DNA from: Deltaproteobacteria bacterium
GTDB taxonomy: Bacteria; Myxococcota_A; UBA9160; SMWR01
Direction: 5' to 3'
Assembly: GCA_032128115.1 (NCBI GenBank)
Contig: JAQBHB010000011.1
Coordinates: 1-27,439 of the forward strand
DNA: 27,439 nt
The notes under the pieces are model-generated. The model saw only the letters and a list, made by a program, of their open reading frames with translations. It was not told the DNA's origin and searched no databases. Below, piece after piece: positions 23,694-27,439 of the stretch. Position 1 is the stretch's first letter. Every line of letters starts with the position of its first letter. Both the position numbers and the translations under genes were made by a program.

Positions 23694-26498
23694 TCAGCCG
23701 AGGCGCCGGCGCCGCGCCCACAGCAGGGGCGGAAGCAGCAGGGCCAGCTCGAAGCCGAGTCCGCAGGCGTCCCTGCGGTGCTCCTGGAGCTGCCAGGCGT
23801 TGCCGCACTGGGGATCGTCCAGGTCGACCAGGCCGTCGTCGTCGTTGTCGAGACCGTCGTTGCATTGGGGGCTCTCGGTGTGCCAGGCGGCGTGGCGGCA
23901 GCCGGGATCCTCGAAGTGGTCGAACAGGCCGTCGCCGTCGTTGTCGAGGCCGTCGCTGCAGGCCGGGTTGGGCTGGCCCAGGCAGCTGCCGTCGTCGGGC
24001 AGGGCTTCGTCGCGGTCTCGGCACTGGTCGCGGTCGCGGTCCACGCCCAGGCGCTGCCCGCTGCCGGTGGGCACGGTCGTGTAGGTCAGGGCGTCGCCCG
24101 CAACCAGGCTCGCCAGCAGCGCCGCGTGATTCACGGCGGGCGCAAGCGAGCTATCGGGGGTGAATTCGTCGTTGGCCACGTCGTAGACGAAGCCCACCGG
24201 CACGGTCGCCAGGCTTCCCTTTACCACCAGATCGCAACGCGTCGCCTCCGCCTCGTCGATCAGGGCAAGCAACAGGGCCAGGACCCCCGCGTCCCCGCTG
24301 GTGCTGGCGTCCACCGTCTGCTGCCAGCCCACGCAGGGGAGGGTGCCAGTGGGGATGGTGAGCAGGAAGGAAGTGACATCCAGCAGATCTGCCGGGGCGA
24401 AACCGAAGGCGGCGCCCAGGAACTCCAGCAGGCTGAGCTTGCCCCCGTGCAGCACGCCGAAGCCCGACTTCTGGTCATCGGGGCCCAGGTTCACCAGCAG
24501 TCCACTCCGGAAGGGCAGGAAACCGATCTTCTCGTAGACGTTCCGGAGGTGGGGGATCTTGACGTCCTGGGGGCCGGCACCACCGGTCAGTGTGTTCATG
24601 GTGCCGGTGGGAAGCAGGTGGCAGTCGTTGCACACGAAGCCACCCGCCGACGTGACCACGCTGGTGAAGATCGTCTCGCCGGAGGAGGGGTCCCCGGGAC
24701 CGAAGATGTCGTGGGGCAGGTCGATGGAGGCGGGCAGCGTGTCGTCCAGCTCGCGGTGCGGGTTCGGCGGCAGCTTCACGGTCATGATGAAGTCGCTGAA
24801 GGCCTGCATGTCCTCCACCGAAAAAGGCCCGCTGCGGCCCATCAGGGACACGAACGCACCGTTGAAGGCCTGGAAGTCGGGTTTGTCGCCGCGCCAGTGC
24901 AGGGGCTGCATGCCCTCCAGGCTGCGCAGGGTCTGGGTGGTCATGGGCCCCTTCATGGGGTCGAATCCCTGCTTGCCGGTGCCCACCGGATCGAAGCTCA
25001 CCCAGGGCGCATCGTCGTAATCGAGGAAGCCGCCCGTCGGATCCCCCAGGTCCCAGGCCAGCCCGTCGAAGTTGGAAAAGACGTGGCAGGTGCCACAGGC
25101 GATGTCTCCGTGGCCGGAGCTGATCCGGGCGTCGTAGAGGAAGCGGCGGCCGTTGCGGATCTCGGGCGGGCTCGGGTCGAACCCGGCCGGTCCCGACACG
25201 CCGTGAACCGCGATCTCGCTTGCCGCCAGGGTATCCACCACCGACACCGTGTGATCGAAGCGATTCATCACGTAGAGGCGGTCGGCGCTCTCCAGCAGGG
25301 CCACGCCGCTGGGTCCACCGCCCACGTCGATGCGCGCCGTGACGGCGCCGGTGGTTCCGTCGAGCACCGCCACCACGGCCGATCCGAACGCCGTCAGGTA
25401 GAACACCGAGCCGTCGGAACGGAAGACCCCGTTGCCGGGCTGAGCCAGGCTCAGGGCGATCTCGCCGGCGGGGCCCGGGCTGGTGCCGTAATCGATGTGG
25501 GGATTCAGGTCGACGGGCGCCACCGTTCCCGTCGTCGCGTCTACGATCGAGACGCGGGTCTCCACCAGATGGCCGCGCAGGTTCGGCTCGAACCGGACCA
25601 GATTGCGGGCGTCCGTATTGGGGATCCAGGCGTCGCCGGACACCGGATGCACGGCGATGTCGAACAGGTTCGTGCCCACCCCGGAGATGGCGGTTACCAC
25701 GCTGGGCGTAGCCGCTGCCGCGTCGATCACGAACAAGTCCTCGTCGGGCAGGTTGAAGGCGACGAACGCGCTCCAGTCGGTGCCCGTATCGTCCTTCCAG
25801 AGGCCCGTCGCCGGATCGAGCTGCACGATCAGACCGTCTTCCGGGGCGGCGCCGGGCAGGCCGGGATCGCGGGGCGGCGTGGCCGCGGGGGGGCCGCCGC
25901 CCAGGGCCACCAGATTCTGGTGCAGCGCCGTGGTTCCGTTCCCCGATTCCAGCACCACCACGCCCACGTCGTTGCCGCGCACCGCCATGGCCCGGGGATC
26001 GTCGCCGAACAGATCGATGGATGTGATCTCGGCGCGAGTGGCCGCGTCGAAGACCACCACCCGGTCCTCCATGCCGGCGAGGGATACGAAGGCCCGTCCG
26101 CTGGCGAAGGCCACGTCGGTGGGCTCGTCGCCCACCCACAGGGTGGCGATCAGCGCGCGGGTCGCCACGTCGACGATGCTCACTGAATCCGAGATGTGGT
26201 TCGCCACCCAGACTTCGGCGCCACCGGGACGCACCGCCAGGCTCACCGGCTCGAGCCCCACCGGCACGTCGGCGGCGAATACCAGCGATCCGTCGGGCTG
26301 GACTTCAAAGATCGAGAGTCGCGCCTCGGGCGTGTTGATGGCGTAGAGCTCGTCGCCGGCGGGTGAGAGGCCCAGGGGATGCACGTGGGCCGACTCGAAG
26401 TTCACGAAGTCGCCGGCTCGCGCTCCCGCTGCCGCAGCGAGGACGAGCGACAATCCGGTCGCCCACGCGCACACGATTTTCGGGAGCGGGAACGCCAT
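23694..26498 (-). CDS. Secreted beta-propeller + diheme cytochrome c protein with Asp/Cys-rich repeats and C-terminal TM sorting-like tail (paralog B, 934 aa)
   Basis: ATG 26498 with GGAG at 26505-26508; signal peptide ends ARA. Motifs FVNFES, VPVGLEP, CGTCH (25083-25097), GPMTTQTLR, HWRGD, CNDCH (24618-24632) and KIPHLRNVYEK. Ends ACGLGFELALLLPPLLWARRRRLG. Confidence 0.87.
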   Translation of the reverse strand: MAFPLPKIVCAWATGLSLVLAAAAGARAGDFVNFESAHVHPLGLSPAGDELYAINTPEARLSIFEVQPDGSLVFAADVPVGLEPVSLAVRPGGAEVWVANHISDSVSIVDVATRALIATLWVGDEPTDVAFASGRAFVSLAGMEDRVVVFDAATRAEITSIDLFGDDPRAMAVRGNDVGVVVLESGNGTTALHQNLVALGGGPPAATPPRDPGLPGAAPEDGLIVQLDPATGLWKDDTGTDWSAFVAFNLPDEDLFVIDAAAATPSVVTAISGVGTNLFDIAVHPVSGDAWIPNTDARNLVRFEPNLRGHLVETRVSIVDATTGTVAPVDLNPHIDYGTSPGPAGEIALSLAQPGNGVFRSDGSVFYLTAFGSAVVAVLDGTTGAVTARIDVGGGPSGVALLESADRLYVMNRFDHTVSVVDTLAASEIAVHGVSGPAGFDPSPPEIRNGRRFLYDARISSGHGDIACGTCHVFSNFDGLAWDLGDPTGGFLDYDDAPWVSFDPVGTGKQGFDPMKGPMTTQTLRSLEGMQPLHWRGDKPDFQAFNGAFVSLMGRSGPFSVEDMQAFSDFIMTVKLPPNPHRELDDTLPASIDLPHDIFGPGDPSSGETIFTSVVTSAGGFVCNDCHLLPTGTMNTLTGGAGPQDVKIPHLRNVYEKIGFLPFRSGLLVNLGPDDQKSGFGVLHGGKLSLLEFLGAAFGFAPADLLDVTSFLLTIPTGTLPCVGWQQTVDASTSGDAGVLALLLALIDEAEATRCDLVVKGSLATVPVGFVYDVANDEFTPDSSLAPAVNHAALLASLVAGDALTYTTVPTGSGQRLGVDRDRDQCRDRDEALPDDGSCLGQPNPACSDGLDNDGDGLFDHFEDPGCRHAAWHTESPQCNDGLDNDDDGLVDLDDPQCGNAWQLQEHRRDACGLGFELALLLPPLLWARRRRLG

Positions 26499-26547
26499 CA
26501 GGGTCTCCAGCCGGCACCGCTCGGTCAGCCGCAGCTTCTGCGTAAGT

Positions 26548-26553
26548 ATTCTA
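26548..26553 (-). promoter_or_regulatory. Possible sigma70-type -10 element (TAGAAT) for paralog B
   Basis: TAGAAT in an AT-richer patch ~50 nt upstream of the ATG. No convincing -35. Confidence 0.3.
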
Positions 26554-26653
26554 CACGTCTCAGGAAAGCTCGGCTGCGGTGGTTTTCGTCGGGCGCCTCC
26601 TGCCTGCGCCCGGGCTGCCGCTCCGCTGCCGGTTGGGAGCCGCTGTCCCGATC

Positions 26654-27439
26654 TCACGGCTCCGCGTAGCCCAGGGCCTCCAGCCGGCGCTTCATCTCCT
26701 CGTCCGGCGGCGGAAGCCGATTCACCGGCGCAGAGCGGGCCGTGTACTCGCGCACCGCCTCGGGGAGGGGCGACCGACCCGGCTGGCGGGACCAGCCCTC
26801 GGGGCTCCAGAGGAATCGGGCCCAGCGTCGGACGGGCACCGCATCGGCATCCCGGACCCACAGGAAGGAATCGCCCCGGTAGGCCGACAGCTCGCGGCCG
26901 ATGTCGCAATAGACCGTGCGATCCGGCAGGGACCGCCCCTCGCGCACGAAGCGAGCCAGCGGCAGGCCTCGCGCCTCCGGCGGGATGGGAAGCTCCGCCA
27001 GATCGAGCAACGTGGGCAGCACGTCCACGTGGTGCACCAGGTCGCTGCTCCGGCCGGGCGCCAGGCCCGGGGCGCGCAGGATCATCGGCACCCGCGCCAC
27101 ATCGGGCGTGGTGGTGTGGGTATGGCTGAAGTAGCGCCCGTTCTCCCCGAAGCTTTCGCCGTGGTCTGCCGTCAGCAGCACCACGGACGGGCGGCTCGGG
27201 TCGTGGGCCGCTACCGCCTCCACCAGGCGCCCGACCCAGCGGTCGGCGTAGAAGATCTCGCCGGCGTAGCGGCTGCGGTACTGGCTCGGGAGCCGCAGCC
27301 CGTCCAGGGCCTGGTAGGCGGGAATGGCGTCGCGTCCCTCCTTCACCGGAAGCGCCTGTTCCCCCGGCGCGGGGGGAATCCGGAACCGCTCGTCGTCGGG
27401 CGGCGGCGGGGTGTAGGGGCCGTGCGGGTCCTGGTAGTG
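26654..27439 (-). CDS. Sulfatase-like hydrolase/transferase, C-terminal part (5' end beyond window)
   Basis: Frame is open to the window edge (HYQDPHGPY...). Motifs YAGEIFYAD, TADHGESFGE, VPMILRAPG and HHVDVLPTLLD; ends RRLEALGYAEP. Confidence 0.88.
   Translation of the reverse strand, partial: HYQDPHGPYTPPPPDDERFRIPPAPGEQALPVKEGRDAIPAYQALDGLRLPSQYRSRYAGEIFYADRWVGRLVEAVAAHDPSRPSVVLLTADHGESFGENGRYFSHTHTTTPDVARVPMILRAPGLAPGRSSDLVHHVDVLPTLLDLAELPIPPEARGLPLARFVREGRSLPDRTVYCDIGRELSAYRGDSFLWVRDADAVPVRRWARFLWSPEGWSRQPGRSPLPEAVREYTARSAPVNRLPPPDEEMKRRLEALGYAEP

Noticed and set aside
52..26346. Many long antisense or alternate-frame ORFs (e.g. 52..1572 -, 2717..4687 -, 15172..17106 +, 20800..22875 +, 23778..26186 +)
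   Set aside because: They shadow motif-bearing genes and lack recognisable motifs, and are expected from stop-codon scarcity in high-GC DNA.
26590..26612. Hairpin CGGGCGC-N9-GCGCCCG downstream of the last sulfatase-like gene
   Set aside because: No U-tract follows on either strand, so it cannot be called an intrinsic terminator; no evidence for an ncRNA.

Overview
GC-rich bacterial DNA, densely coding, with 18 credible CDSs, two of them truncated by the window edges. A Myxococcota-like origin is inferred from protein types only. After an ABC-F ATPase tail and an enoyl-CoA hydratase, almost everything concerns the cell envelope: three GT-C-type polytopic membrane proteins, one intact GT2, a nucleotidyltransferase-GT2 fusion, a SAM methyltransferase, an LtaS-like membrane enzyme with an inserted Cys/Asp-rich motif, and four soluble sulfatase-fold proteins. 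All four end in LxxLGY; the three complete ones are predicted lipoproteins with Thr instead of the formylglycine motif. Redox components are a Tat-signal aldo/keto reductase with a Fe-S tail, a lipoprotein PQQ dehydrogenase, a monoheme cytochrome c and two large secreted beta-propeller/diheme paralogs. The two paralogs share a conserved C-terminal 'CGLGFELALLLP-TM-basic' tail that looks like a protein-sorting signal. The best candidate for an undescribed system is this sorting tail together with an extracytoplasmic glycan building and decorating machinery. No rRNA, tRNA, CRISPR array or mobile element was recognised. All family assignments come from motifs read by eye; no searches were run.
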